Shown here: positions 1 to 14,220 of the stretch, one piece after another
Position numbering within the stretch: position 1 is the first letter of the stretch
Layout of the letters: each line of letters opens with the position of its first letter
Notes under the pieces: model-generated
Told to the model about the DNA's origin: nothing
Databases searched by the model: none
What the model saw: only the letters and a program-made list of their open reading frames with translations
Made by a program: the position numbers and the translations under genes
Assembly: GCF_009914755.1 (NCBI RefSeq)
Contig: NC_060938.1
DNA: 64,000 bases
From: the human T2T-CHM13v2.0 reference genome, Homo sapiens
Strand: one strand, 5' to 3'

Positions 1-340
1 AGCAATGCAATTGAAATGGAAGTCTCTAAGGTTTAGGTATTTTACCACCATATACCTTTTCAGGCAGAAATTGCTGATCCCACAGAATGGTGGATTGCTC
101 TGTTAAGGCTTTATTAAAATGCTTACTAAAAGTGGAGGGATATCCTACAAAATGCCATATATTCTTTGAGCCTGCAACCAATAAATGGTTTTCCCCCCTC
201 CCCCCCACTATACCTGGAAAACATGAGTCCAGGAAGCAAGGATAAATGTGGGAGTGTTTTTCTACCAATTGATTCTATTGACCCAGTCACAAAATATTGC
301 TTCCCAACTCCAGCTAATTAAATTCTGTTGGTTTAAAAAT
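1..340 (+). mobile_element. ERVL internal (pol integrase) remnant, ERV3-16A3_I/HERVL-like
   Basis: Frame from 43 reads YHHIPFQAEIADPTEWWIALLR, resembling the ERVL integrase YHxPxHPExAGLIERWNGLLK. Downstream 'catgagtccaggaagcaaggg...gtgggagtg...gacccagtcacaaaatattgcttccc' follows the ERVL post-integrase sequence. Confidence 0.6.
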
Positions 341-499
341 ATTCATATTCAAATAATGTTTTCACTAAAATAACCAACATTTTCATCAATCTACTTGCTA
401 AGACTACCACCCAATTCTTTATGCCATTGAACCAATAGGGATGTTCAATATAATTCAGTACTCCTGTAATGACATGAGTGATTAACCTTAGTTATTTTA

Positions 500-965
500 G
501 AACATATCTTCATCTTCCCCTCCTGATCTATTTTTCACCACCTCCACTCAATTTTTTCCTGGGATGCTAACTTGCATAAATGATATAAAAAAATCTCTGC
601 TTTCTTGTTGGTTTCAGCTAATGGAGGAGTCCTGGCAAAAGACCTGAAGGAGAGAGCGAAGTCAGGATATTTGTATTCCAGGGCTCTCCCTTTAAGGTTG
701 CTTCATGCTAAATATTCACCTGCACTGAAGGTCACTGCTTCCCTGAAGACAGGTCATTACATAGAACCTTTGCTGTTTCATATTTACTTCATTGCATTGT
801 CCTTTTAGGCATGAGCATTGCAACAGCTCAGTTGCAACAGAACCACTGGTTATGCACTGTCTATTGTGCTTTCCATCACCCATACCTTTGTAAATAGGCA
901 GCTTTGTAAATAAAACTTGCCTATTCCAAGTGTGCACCTATTTCCTTTTAAGACACTAATAACAT
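500..965 (+). mobile_element. ERVL LTR, LTR33-like
   Basis: Motifs 'cccctcctgatct...ttggtttcagctaatggagg...gaagtcaggatatttgtattcc' and the 3' end 'catacctttgtaaatag...gtgtgcacctatttcct...ctaataaca' resemble LTR33. Confidence 0.65.
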
Positions 966-1271
966 TTTAAAGGAATTGCTGGTAAACAATGAAACTAAGA
1001 AAGGCTATATTTAAAATCCAAGACAGTATCTTATGCCTCTTAGCAATTCCATGGCCAATGGTAAATTTTAAGGGACAACTGCAGTTACCCAAAACAGGCA
1101 GAGTCACTAATATGTTTGTCCCTTTAGAATGGAAGGTTTATGTCCAACAGGTAAAAAACGCAACCCATCGACGACAAAGTAAAATATGATTAGTGAAAGG
1201 AGGACTTACAAATACCAAGTCTAGCCTATTGATAATTTGCAGAAATGAGCATTTATAGTAGCTATGCTAAA

Positions 1272-1394
1272 TGTATATACATATATTTAAACATACACAC
1301 ATATATACACACACATATAGCTATTAATACACATATACATATATACACACACATATAGCTATTAATACACATATACATATATACACACACACAC
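1272..1394. repeat. (TA/CA)n low-complexity tract with a 38-bp tandem duplication (1313-1350, 1351-1388)
   Basis: acatatagctattaatacacatatacatatatacacac occurs twice in tandem. Confidence 0.9.
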
Positions 1395-1703
1395 TTGAAT
1401 CCAATAACAGGTATAATTTCTACTCATACCTTTACTGACTATTTTGTATAAAGTTTGTTCAGATCATTTAACTTGAAATTTTAACTTTTAAATTTTTGGA
1501 TCACATGAAGGAATTAGAATTGAAATAAAAGAGGAAAAATATCACCCAGAAGTGGATAGGATTCCATTTTAGGATTGTCAAGGGTAAGCAGGTCTGCACT
1601 TGTTTAAAATGGTTGCATTTTGATAGCCAAGAATAATGAAGTTGTGATTGTTAATTGGGATATAATTTTGGATAGAAAGAGCAATAGGGATGCTTATAGC
1701 CAA

Positions 1704-2183
1704 GGTGGTGGAATGTGCCTGGTTGCCTTTGACGGTGCAGCAGTACTTTCTTCTCTTTTGTACTCTGCAATATCACAAGGAATGAAAAATTGGACATTAT
1801 GTTTTCAGAATGCTTGCTAGCAAGACTCTAGGTTAGATTCTGCCAGGTATTCATTTAGGATTTGGAAGGCAGAAAAGAAGCACAGCCATATTAATGTACC
1901 TCCAGCAGTGGCAGACATGCTCATGGGCCTTGATAAACAAGCATCCTAGAGGAGTTTATTGAAGAGAGCTGCTTTAGTTATGCAGGCATCTTTGATCTTA
2001 CTGGTGGTTTTCCTGTGATTCCCAAACTATCTAGTTTGATCATAATTAGCTGGATCTACCTTTCTGATCTTCATATTTCTGGCTCTCCAACACTTTTGGG
2101 AGCATCTAACTCCCTCAGCAAAATCTTTTCTGTGTGAAAGGTATAGAGTGGTTTCAGTTTTCCTGAGCAATTCTGATTAGCAC
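1704..2183 (+). mobile_element. Old ERVL solo LTR (LTR40/LTR41/LTR16-type)
   Basis: Internal 'gatttggaaggcagaaaagaag...cagcagtggcagac' and terminal 'aaatcttttctg...tagagtggtttcagttttcctg...ctgattagca'. Confidence 0.55.
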
Positions 2184-5100
2184 TATTGGTATGTATCTTC
2201 TTTCAATAAATATTGATATGAAGTCCATGGCATTATCATTTTTGCCTTAGATATCAAAGATTTCCAAGTGAAAGTCTGCACTCATAGTTGTTATTTCGTT
2301 ACTAGGCTTCCCTAACATTTAATATTTCCTTAATTTAGCCAAAATCATTTTAATAGTATTTATATATTTGATTGTAAATTATATCAATAAGTTATATACA
2401 CATATAAAGTAATCTGTAGTCTGGTGAGAATATTGATCTATTGGAAACATCCTATAATAGATAATACAAATTAATGTTTTAAAAGCGTTAGATATTTAAT
2501 TTAATCAGCCTTTACTTTATTACTCTATTCTTGGTGTGCTGTAAATAGAAAAATAAATTATAATGCCATACTACAAGTATGCCTAGGTTCTGGGGCTGGC
2601 AAGAAGATGAGACCAGTTAGATTAATCCAGTTTAGAGTATTAGAGATGGCTTATCCCAGGTGATTTTTAGCTCAGTCTTAGTGCATGACCACAAATTAAT
2701 AACATGAATTTAACCAAGCCAAAGAGAGTCTTAGTGAAGGAACACCATGAGAAATCTGGAAACGGAGTAAGAAAGAACCAGGTGTGTGTGAGAACTTCAG
2801 GCATTTTAATATTGCAGGTACCTAGCATGCACATTTCAGAGTGGTGGGAGGTGACACTGGGACCAGGTAATGTGGAGATTTATTGCCATCTTAAAGCCTT
2901 TGGACTTTGTCCTAAATGCCATGTGAAACTAAAACTAAAAGTTTACTGGCTAGAAATGGAATAAATGGATTTGAGGCTCATGAGTTAAGCAACATCATCA
3001 AGGGTTTGTGTTACAAGCATGTCAGCAAATTTTATCTTGCTTTTTTTAAAATAAAAAGCACTAACTACAGGACACATTGAATGTCCCTTAAAATATTGCA
3101 GATTAGTTTTATATGAGTAAAGTTTTATATGGGCTTCTTCCCATAACTATACAATAAATTAGGAACTGACTGTAGTCATGAAATATGATGACAGGACTTA
3201 GACCTTTCATTGGCTAATTAAATTTAAGTTCTATTTTTGAACTTTTGCTCTAGTTGGTCATTTATCACAATTATAGCAAAACATTCAGATGGGAAGCAGT
3301 TCTAACTAGAAAGCTCTTATAGATTCTTAGTTACATTTTTAGACAGTGTAATTTGATTGTACATAAAATCATTGTGAATATATTCTTATTATTTAACTAT
3401 TTATATACCATAAATAACAAACACAACTACTTGATTTCTCTTCCTTTGGCTATGCAAACAATAAATCTATATTAAATATTGCCTACAAAATATCTAGGAG
3501 GTAAAATAAAATATTTTGAAAGCTTTAATTTTTGTAAAAAAACATTTGTACATGATTAGGTAGGAACATCTCCTGAATTTTTCACCAATTCTTGTAAGTT
3601 GAATAAACACATAGGTTCAAAGGGTGAATATTTAAAATTAACACAAGAAAAAAGCGTTGTAAAACCAAACCCTAAAAGTACATTTTCACTTTGAAACTTA
3701 TCTAAAAACGACAGGATATTGTTATTCAGTTGTATAAAAAATGATCTATGAGTATTTAATACATAATATTTATTCCAGTTTTACTAAGTAGCTGTGTTAG
3801 TAAAACTTCATGCTTCCAGAAAAATATTTATAATTCAGAATTACACAAAATTATTCTGATCATTTTAATCCTTGGATGAGGAGTTTTTTTTTATTATGTT
3901 TTACTTAGTTTTCTGTCATAACCAAGCGTAACTCATTAAATCTATTCATTTGGATAGCTGGTTCAGGATGTGAGCAGAAAACATATGGGAGGCATTTGAC
4001 ACCTAGTATCGTGTGAGAGAGACTGTTAATTAAGTTATGTCAAAACTACAAACATGATGATAATTTTACAAGTGTCTAGTGTCATGCTTTCCTTGAAATC
4101 AAAGCATGCATTAACCAACTAGAAAAATAATTACATTTTGCAGATTAAGGGACCGAAGCAAAATAGTCCAGATGAGAATATTTTCAGAATGAGCATCACA
4201 GTTCTTCTATTTGAAAACATAAAAAGAAGGCCATAATTCTGATAGTATTCCTTACTGTAATTTATAGCTCTGTCAAGGTCAGTAAATTGAATAAGTAGAT
4301 GTCAATATGTCTAGTACAATGGAGTCAGTGTTTAAAACACTGTTACATTAAGAACACTATTTTCAAAATTAAATTTCATAAACTCTTTCTTGGCAAGCTC
4401 TTAACTTTTCTTGGAAGCAGCCAAAAGTGGTTACATATTAGTGTGAGAGCAAAATTGTAATGCAGATGTGAAGGTCTTTTCAAAGAACAATCAATAGAAA
4501 TGAGGTAACTGAATGAAAATCACAGGCTTAAGCTGTCAATTTATCAGTAGATTTCCTTTGGTAATAATCAAATTTAAAGTTGTGACCTTCAGAGGAAATA
4601 GATGTTCTGACAAGTTCTTCCAGATTGAGAGTTAAAATCTGAGGCCCTAAAAGAAAAAAGTCTATTATTCCTCCTCTGTGTATTTTAAAACAAACACATA
4701 TATAAACTAAAAAAATACTAAATAATCCAGTTACATGACTTGGATATTATGTGTAGTTTTGACCTGATTAATTAAAGGGCCAAAAATAGTTATTGAGATA
4801 GGGAAAAACACAAATCACATTTTGGATTTGTTTTGATAGGGAGTAATAATATAATTTTCTTGGACTTTCAACCCAGTACAATATCATCTTTAACTTTTAC
4901 TAAGAAAATATTTGCTTTTCTATTATCGAGTCAAACTACTTCAATTTACTGTATCTATCTTATCCCATGTTATTTATAGAGCATCCTTGGAGGAGTTTCT
5001 CTAATTAAATACATGTTATTAAAATAAATTTGCTTGGGGGCATAGGCTTTTTCTTCTTCCTGAAAGCACTGTATGTATTAAAATATTTCAAATACCTAAT

Positions 5101-5383
5101 GTGACTCTGATCTGTGTGGTGAAATATAGGATTATATTTCTCCCACACAAATATTTTTCTAATCTAAGATATTCAGATCACAGTTCTAAAATTCTAAAGA
5201 TTTGGCTGGAACAATTTAATATATGCAAACTATGATTAATTAAATATCCACATTATTATGTTTTGCACATTTTAAACTCTTTTTGTTGAGGTGTTAGAGG
5301 CAAGGCTATGAAAAAAATATTGCTAATGGGATTCCTAGTAGATGGCAAATCAGATCTATGTGCCAGTTCTCCTGGCTCAGGAA

Positions 5384-5406
5384 GCGGCACCACCTGATGG
5401 TGCCCT
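5384..5406. promoter_or_regulatory. Candidate CTCF-like site (quasi-palindromic)
   Basis: Minus strand CCATCAGGTGGTGC and plus strand CCACCTGATGGTGC each match CCASYAGRKGGCRS at 12/14. Local GC-rich patch. Confidence 0.35.
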
Positions 5407-6029
5407 CTTTCTTGATTCCGTGGCCCAATGGAGAAATAAGTGTAGACAATAAAAGCTATGTCACAAAATTAGCCATGAATTATGCACTCAATAGTGTTAA
5501 GCTTTAAATTATAGAAAATGTTATTATGATTAAGACTCAGTTAAATATTAGAAATTTTGAGATCTAAATGTGGTCTTATTACTCAACATATTATTCTGAT
5601 ATTTTTGAAGGTAAGGACAAAGATACTAAGAATTTAGTGGAAAATAAAGAAAGCAACCTTTTGAAGATGATAATATTAATATAATATTTCTTGTAAAAGA
5701 GGCTTTCACATGACAAGCCTGGAATATAACTGTAAGGAAAATTCTGTAAAATATAATGAAATGTAATTGTAAGTTAAATTCTTTAAAAGTTTGATGGCTA
5801 AAACTATAATACAAAATAATAATATACACATAAAACATACCCATGATTATATTTAAAAACTACAGGTGATATATAGATAGATTCTGATATGAATTTCTAG
5901 GTTTCTGCCCTTTTATATAAATTATTTAAAACACTAACACAGGAGTAGCACGTATATGGAATTTCTTCAGGTTGAGTCTTCTGTGTTCTGCTCATCGACT
6001 TCTGTGAGTCCTGAATTATTGTGTATGTT

Positions 6030-6135
6030 CTTCATGAAGATAGAGCCATACTGGTCTGGTTTATTGTTGAGTCCCGAGGTCTAATATAAAACATAGAATA
6101 CAGAATTCACTTAGTAAATATGGTTGAGTAAACAA
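6030..6135 (+). mobile_element. L2 3' end fragment
   Basis: 'tctaatataaaacatagaatacagaattcacttagtaaatatggttgagtaaac' resembles the L2 3' terminus. Confidence 0.45.
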
Positions 6136-7753
6136 TCCATATTTGGAAATGGCTGCCACCTTTTACATAAAGGGTAGAGCCATAATTAAATCCATAGTTT
6201 CTAAAAATTTATTAAATAACATAGTTTTGGTATTTGATATTCCTAAGAAATTTAATCTTAATCTCTGTAAAATATATGCCACTATATACTCTCCATCTAA
6301 AAAATTTTTGATTTCTTTGCAAGAAATTGAGTTAAATGAGTTAAAATAGGTGGTGCTCTTTGACCAGTGCATATCACATATTTTTAAATTCTAATTTTAG
6401 AGCAGTTTTAATTTCACAGCATAATTAAGAGAAAGGTGTACAGATTTTCCATAAATCCTTTGCCCCTCCACATGCATTCATTTTCCTGTTATCAATATCC
6501 ACCACCAGAGTGGTAGATTTGTTACAATGAACGAACCTAGATTTACACATCATTGTCACTCAAGGTTCATAATTTACATTGGGTTTCATTCTTGGTATTT
6601 TAAATTCTATGGGTTTGGAGAAATGTATAATGACATGTATTCATCATTATAATATCATGAAGAGTATTTTCACTGCCCTAAAAATCCTTCGTGTTCTGCC
6701 TGTTCATCCCTCCCTCCCTCCTCTCAACCCCTGGCATCCACTGATCTTAATTACTGTCTTCATATTTTTTGTCTTTTTCAGAATGTTACATAATTGGAAT
6801 ATGCAGTATATAGACTTTCAGATTAGCTTCCTTTACTTAGTAATATGCACCGAATTTTTCCCCTATATCTTTTCATATCTTGGATGTTCATTTTTTTTTA
6901 GTGTTGAATAATATCCCATTGTCTGCAATTACCAAAGTTTATTTATCCACTTACTCACTGAAGGACATGTTGGTTATTTCCAAACTTTAGCAATTATGAA
7001 TAAAACTTCTACAAATATATATGTTGAGGTTTTTGTGTAAACATGTTTTTAACTCCTTTAGGATAATATCAAGAACAATTGCTTGATTGTATGGTAAGAG
7101 AGTGTTTTGTTTTGTATACCCCTGACAGTTGTATTTCAAAGTGGTTATACCAGTTTGCACATTCCCATCAACAAATAATTTGAGTTCCTATTGTCTACAT
7201 CCTTTCCAGTATTTCATGCTGTTAGTATTTCAGATTTTGGCCATTCTAATAGGTGTGCAGTGGTGTTTCATTGTTGTTTTAATTTGTATTTCCCTGATGA
7301 CAAATGATGTGGAACATGCTTTTATATACACATTTTCCATCTGTGTATCTTCTTTGGTGAGGTGTCTGTCTAAGTATTTTGCCCATTTTGTAATTGGGCT
7401 GTTAATTTTCTAATTGTGAAATTTTTAGGGTTCTTTGTATATTTTGGATGACATTCCTATATCAGATGCATCTACTGCAAATATTTTCTCTGTCTGTGGC
7501 TTGTCTTTACTTTCTCTGCACATTGTCTTTCACAGTGCAAAAATTCTAAATTTTAATAAAGCCAAACTTCTCAAATATTTCTTTCTTGGTTTGTACCTTT
7601 GATGTTGTATCTGAAAAGTCATTATTATACCCAAGGTCATCTTCATTTTCTCCCATGTTATCTTCTAGGAGTTTTAAAGTTTTGCATATTACATTTAGGT
7701 CTATGGTCCATTTCGAGTTAGTTTTTTGTGAAAGATGTAAGGCCTGTGTCTAA

Positions 7754-8075
<322 letters not shown>

Positions 8076-8673
8076 CTTTTCTTGATAAAACAATTTTTGT
8101 TCCATTTTATTGCTTTGCACTGTTATAAAATATCAGTTGACTATATTTATGGTGGTGGACTCCTGGGCTCTGTATTTTGTTCCATTTATCTATTTGTGTA
8201 TTATTTTATCAATACCACATTACCTTGATTAATTTAGTTTTGTTGTAAGCCTTGAAGTTGGGTAGTGTAAGTATTCTAACTGTGTTATTCTTTTTCAATA
8301 TTGTGTTGGCTATTCTATGTTTTATGCCCCTCTATATAAACTTTAGAATCAGTTTATCATTATCTACAAAATAACTCACTGGCATTTTTATTGGGATTGC
8401 ATTGAATCTATAGATGAATTTGGAACAAAACTGATATTTTGATAATATTGAGTCTTCTTATCCATGAAAATGGAAGATCCCTCTATTTATATAGTTTTGT
8501 AAAATTTCATTTGATATAATTTTGTAGTTTTCCCTATATAGATCTTGTATATATTTTGTTAGATTTATACATAGGTATTTTATTTTTTGAAGTGTTTATG
8601 AATATGATGTTGTGTTTTTAATTTGCTATTCCACTTTTTTAAAATTACTGGTATATAGGAAAGTGATTGGCCA

Positions 8674-8944
8674 TTTTTTATTTGCCCAGGCTGGAGTGCA
8701 GTGGAAGATCTCAGCTCACTGCAACCTCCTCCTCTCAGGTTCAAGCAATTCTTGTGCCTCAGCCACCCAAAATAGCTGAAATTACAGGTAGGTGCCACCA
8801 CAATTGGCTAATTTTTGTATTTTTAGTAGAGACAGGGTTTTACTATGTTGGTCAGGCTGGTCTCGAACTCTTGGCCTCAAGTGAGCCACCTGCCTCTGCC
8901 TCCCAAAGTGCTGGGATTACAGGCGTGTGCCATCACACCCAGCT
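8674..8944 (-). mobile_element. AluS with TSD ggaaagtgattg (8658-8669 / 8945-8956)
   Basis: Both Alu arms present, 3'-terminal about 20 bp missing, 12-bp direct repeats on both sides. Confidence 0.9.
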
Positions 8945-11900
8945 GGAAAGTGATTGACTTTTATATGTTCATCTTGTATTCTGCAAACTTGCTATAATTA
9001 CTTAGTTCTAGAAATTTTTTTGTTGATTCTTCTGGATTTTCTACATAGACAATCATGTCATCTGCATGCAAATACAGTTTTACTGCTTTTTTTGCAATGT
9101 GTATACCTTTTATTTCTTTTTCTTATCTTATTGCATTGGCTAGTACTTCCAGTACAATATTGAAAATGAGTCATGAGAAAGGACATACTTGCCCTATTCT
9201 GATTTTAGTGGGAAAGTTTCTAGTTTCTCACCATTAAATATGAAGTTAGGTGTAGATTTTCTGGATAAATAGTTTACCCTATTGAGACGGTTTCCCTCTA
9301 TCCCTCATATACTTAGAGAAGTGGGTTTTTAAATCATAAATGGGTGATGAATTTTGTTATATGCTTTTTCTGCATCTATTGAAATAATCATGTATTTTTT
9401 AGCTCCCTGTTGATTTTATTGATCTTTTCGAGAACCAACTTTTGATTTTGTTAATTTTCTCTATTGATCCCCTTCATAAATTTTATCAGTTTCTGCTCTA
9501 ATTCTTATTATTTCTTTTCTTTCGCTTACTTTGGATTTAATTTGATCTTACTCTCCTGGTTTGTACGGTATAAACTTAGTTTACTAATTTTATATTTTTA
9601 TTCTTTTCTAATATATGCATTCAATGACATAAATTTTCTTCTAAGCATTGCTTTTGTTGCATTCCACAGATTTTGATAAGTTGTGTTTTCATTCTTTATT
9701 TATTTCAAAATATGTTTTATTTCTGTTTTTTTTCTTTGATCCATGTGTTATTAAAATTGTGTTGTTTTATCAACATATATTTTGAGATTTTCCGGTAATC
9801 CTTCTTTAAATGATTTTTAGTTTGATTCTTTGGAGTCTGAGAGCAAACATATTCTTTTAAATTTTTTTATGTGTGTATTGTTGCTCATAATGTGGCCTTT
9901 TTGAGGGAGTGTTTCATAAGAACTTGAGAAGAACGTGAATCCTGCTGTTGCTGGATAGTATGTAGATGCTGATTTTACCCAGTTGATTGTTGGTGTTTTG
10001 TTCAACTATGTCATCACTTATTTTCTGCCTGCTGGATTTGCTCATTTTTGATAGTGGGGTGTCAAAGTCCCCAACTGTGATAGTGGATTCATTTCTTTCT
10101 TCTCACAGTTTTGTTAGTTTTTGCCTCACATAGTTTGATGCTTTTTTTCATTGTCTACATATTAAGGATTGTTATGTCTTTTTAGATAACTGATTCCCTT
10201 CTCATTATATAATGCCTTTTCTATCCACAATAATTTTTCTTGCTTTGAAGTCTGCACTATTCAGAATAATATAGCTACTCCTGCTTTCTTTTGATAAGTG
10301 TTTGTATGGTTTATTTTTCTCCATTGATTTACTTTCAATATATATGTGCCTTTATATTTAAAGTGAGGTTCATCTGTAGACAACTTATAGTTGAGTATTA
10401 TTTTCAGATCTATTTTGACAATCTCTGTCTTTTAATAGGTACATTTAGGAAATTGAAAATAATCAGTTCCAACTGACTATTGATACAGTTAGATTAATAA
10501 CTATTATATTTGTTTACTCATTTTTTATTTGCTGCCCTTGTTCTTTATTCTATTTTTTTCTTTGACTTTTTTCTGTCTTTCTTGACTTTAATTGAACATT
10601 TTATATGATTTAATTTTTTTCCTTTCTTAGCATATCAGTTATACTTATTTAAATACTTTTTTAAAATGGTTGTCCTAGAGTTTTCAATATACATTTCCAA
10701 TGAATCAAAGTCCACTTTGAAATAACACTGTATCCCTTCTTAGGTAGTGCATGTGCCTAATAATAACCTAATAATCCTAATTCCTTTACACGGTCCTTTG
10801 TATCATTGCTATCATTCATTTTACCTGTAAATAAATATATGTAACCCACAGTCTTTGGATACTCCACTCCATCTTATTCAGCCTGTGTTCTCTTTCTTTT
10901 TAGTTTCCAAGGTTTCTATTGCTAAATTCTCAAGCTCATAGATTTTGCCTTCAGCCATGTTGAGTCTACTGATAAGTTCATCAACGACATTCTTCATTTC
11001 TACTACAGTGTTTTTTTGTTTGTTTGTTTGTTTGTTTTAATCTCTATCCCTTCTTTTTGGTATTTTCTTTGGATTTCCACCTCTCTTCTGACATTTCTTA
11101 TCTGGTTTTGTATGCTGTCTGCTTTATCCATTATAGCACTTGGCATATCAATCATAGTTGTTTTAAATTACTGGTGTTATAATCCCAACATTCCTATCAT
11201 GTCTGATTCTGATTCTGGCTCTGTATCTTCAAATTGTCATGTTTTGCCTTTCAATGTGCCTCGTAATTTTTCTTGATTGTGAGACATGATGTACTGGGTA
11301 AAAGGAAATGCTATAAGTAGGCTCTTAGTACTGTGACAGTAAGGTGTCGGGGGAGTGGAAGCATTTCATAATCCTATAGTCTCAGTCTTGTAGTGAGCCT
11401 GAGCCTCAGAACTATGAACTTCACACGTGTTTCCCCATTTTGTTTTGTTTTTTTCATCTTTCTCAGCAAGGGCAAGATAGCTAGAGTGGGCTGGAGTTGG
11501 GTCTTTCCCTTCCTCCAAATCAATTAGACTCTGATAATACCCCAACAGGTTAGGATGAGGTAGACTAGTTTCTCCTGAGGGCAGGCCTAATAACAGAGTG
11601 TTTTGGTGTACTTCAGTATCGCTCATTTATCCCTCCCCCTGCCGGTAGCACCAGGAGATTTTTCTCCAATATTTACTCTGGAAACCTGGTTGAACTCCTA
11701 GAGGTAAATCTCACACTGTTGTGGGAGACCCTCAATGACTGGATTCATCTAGAGTTTTTAACTGTCAGACTTATCCACACTGAGCCCCCAACAATGGATC
11801 AACTACAGTACATATTTTGCTAACCCACCATGGCACTGGTCCCCATGGTGGTTTCTGCCCCAGTAAGCCATTCTTCCCTCTATTCACTTGTCTATGACTT

Positions 11901-13239
11901 CCATCTTGAGGGCAGCAATTTGCCCTGTGTCCTCACTGCTCTTAGGCAACCAAAAAGTGTTCTTAATTTTTCGGTCTGTTCGGTTTTTACTTGTTGTTAG
12001 GTTGGAGTGGCAACATCTAAGCCCCTTATATACAGAACTGGAAAGTGGAAGTTCTTTGCAAACGTATTTATTGTTGCTTTTTACTGACTCTGACCTGAGC
12101 ATGCTGGGTCCTATTTTTCTGCATGTTGATGCAGCAATGGAGAATTTTGTTGTTGTTGTTGTTTTGTTTGCTTTAATAAAAATAAATAACTTCCTGAATG
12201 AAGTCTGAGTAGAAAATTGATAGATTATTCAGTAAAAACATGTATTCTGTGATATTATAGGACTTTCTTTTGCTCATTTAAGTCTTTTTTTGTTTTGTTT
12301 TTGCTTCTGATTTTCAGGATGAAAATGGTTTCTGTGGTTTTCTACTGAACAACTGATGCATTAACTCACACCAGCAGTGGGTGTCTTGTGCAGAATAAAA
12401 GGTTACCTCTCCAGAAAGGGATTATTACACTAACCAATTTTTCATGTCGTGGCTTCAGTGACCAGTTCGTTCTTTAGCAGAACTATAGTGCTGGTCACAG
12501 AGTAGCAGTCCACATTACAACCTTTTGGTCACTTTGAAATACTCTTATCTGCTTCAGATAAATTAGTTTGGGTTCTATTTGGAGGGATAAAATGAAGTTT
12601 ATGGAATCTCAAGCTCATTCCTATCTTGTCATTCCATGATAAATCATGTTGGTTACAAAGCCAATTGTCCTTTGGGGGCAAATATAAAATTGCTCTACAA
12701 ATATATCAGAGCCATACATCTATTGCTCCTGGTAAATGTTTGCTTTTTAAACTCAGTCTCAATGTAGATACATTTCAGATATGTAAAACAACTTGGATGC
12801 TGGTGATAGCTAAAAATAAAAAAATACTGTCCTTTATTCCTTTAATTATAGACATTAAGTGGTATTACTAGAGAATGAAAAAAAAGCCCTCATATTGTTT
12901 TGTAAACCCAGGCCCGAGTCTCAGTCATCATATTTGTAAGTGGACTGGATATTTTAACTGAAGTCTTTTGTTTATCCTAAAACTTATCTGAAAAAGAATG
13001 AGACTATTTTACTGACAACCACTTTACCGAATCAAAAATAAAAAGCTCTCAGGTTTTGATTCTCTTTAGCTAAATAAGAATACAGAATAGTAACTTATAT
13101 GGCTCAGGTTATATGGTATGTTTATTGTGCTATAAAATGCTATAATTGGAGTTAAAGGTATTTAATTCTATAAACAAAAATAGGAATGTTTTTACCTATG
13201 CCACTTTTCTGACATCTAGGTAGGCTTTGCCCAGGTTTG

Positions 13240-13355
13240 GGAATGAAAGAGATCTGTATATGTAGCCTGGCTCCAATACATTAGCTGTAAGACTCATAGT
13301 ATGTTCTGTGAAAATTAACGAAGATAAAATAGTTGAAACTGCTTAGCATACTGTT
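13240..13355 (+). mobile_element. MIR fragment
   Basis: 'cctggctccaatacattagctgt...ctcatagtatgttctgtgaaaattaacgaagataa...gcttagcatac'. Confidence 0.5.
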
Positions 13356-13659
13356 TTTATATTGTAGTTTTAAAAATTGTAGGTTTCTTTTGTTTTGTTT
13401 TGCAATTATTCAATTCACTGTCTTTCATCTTAGCCACAATGAGATCAGCAAGAGAGTGCTAAGATACCATGCTTTCTATTTTCACTGTGGAGGACTTTTG
13501 GCTATGAATAATACCTGTGAAATATAAAGGACAGTACCCACTTTCAATAAATCTATAATCTCATCATGACACAAATAAATGTCTGTATGCCCAATGACAC
13601 AGGAAACAATCGGCATGAGAATTAAGAGAAGCAAATGAACCACTGTGGGCCACAAGAGT

Positions 13660-14220
<561 letters not shown>

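Noticed and set aside
605-937. Overlapping short ORFs near the window start
   Set aside because: They lie within the LTR33-like element.
4326-4342. cagtgttt-a-aaacactg inverted repeat
   Set aside because: 8-bp arms, consistent with chance.
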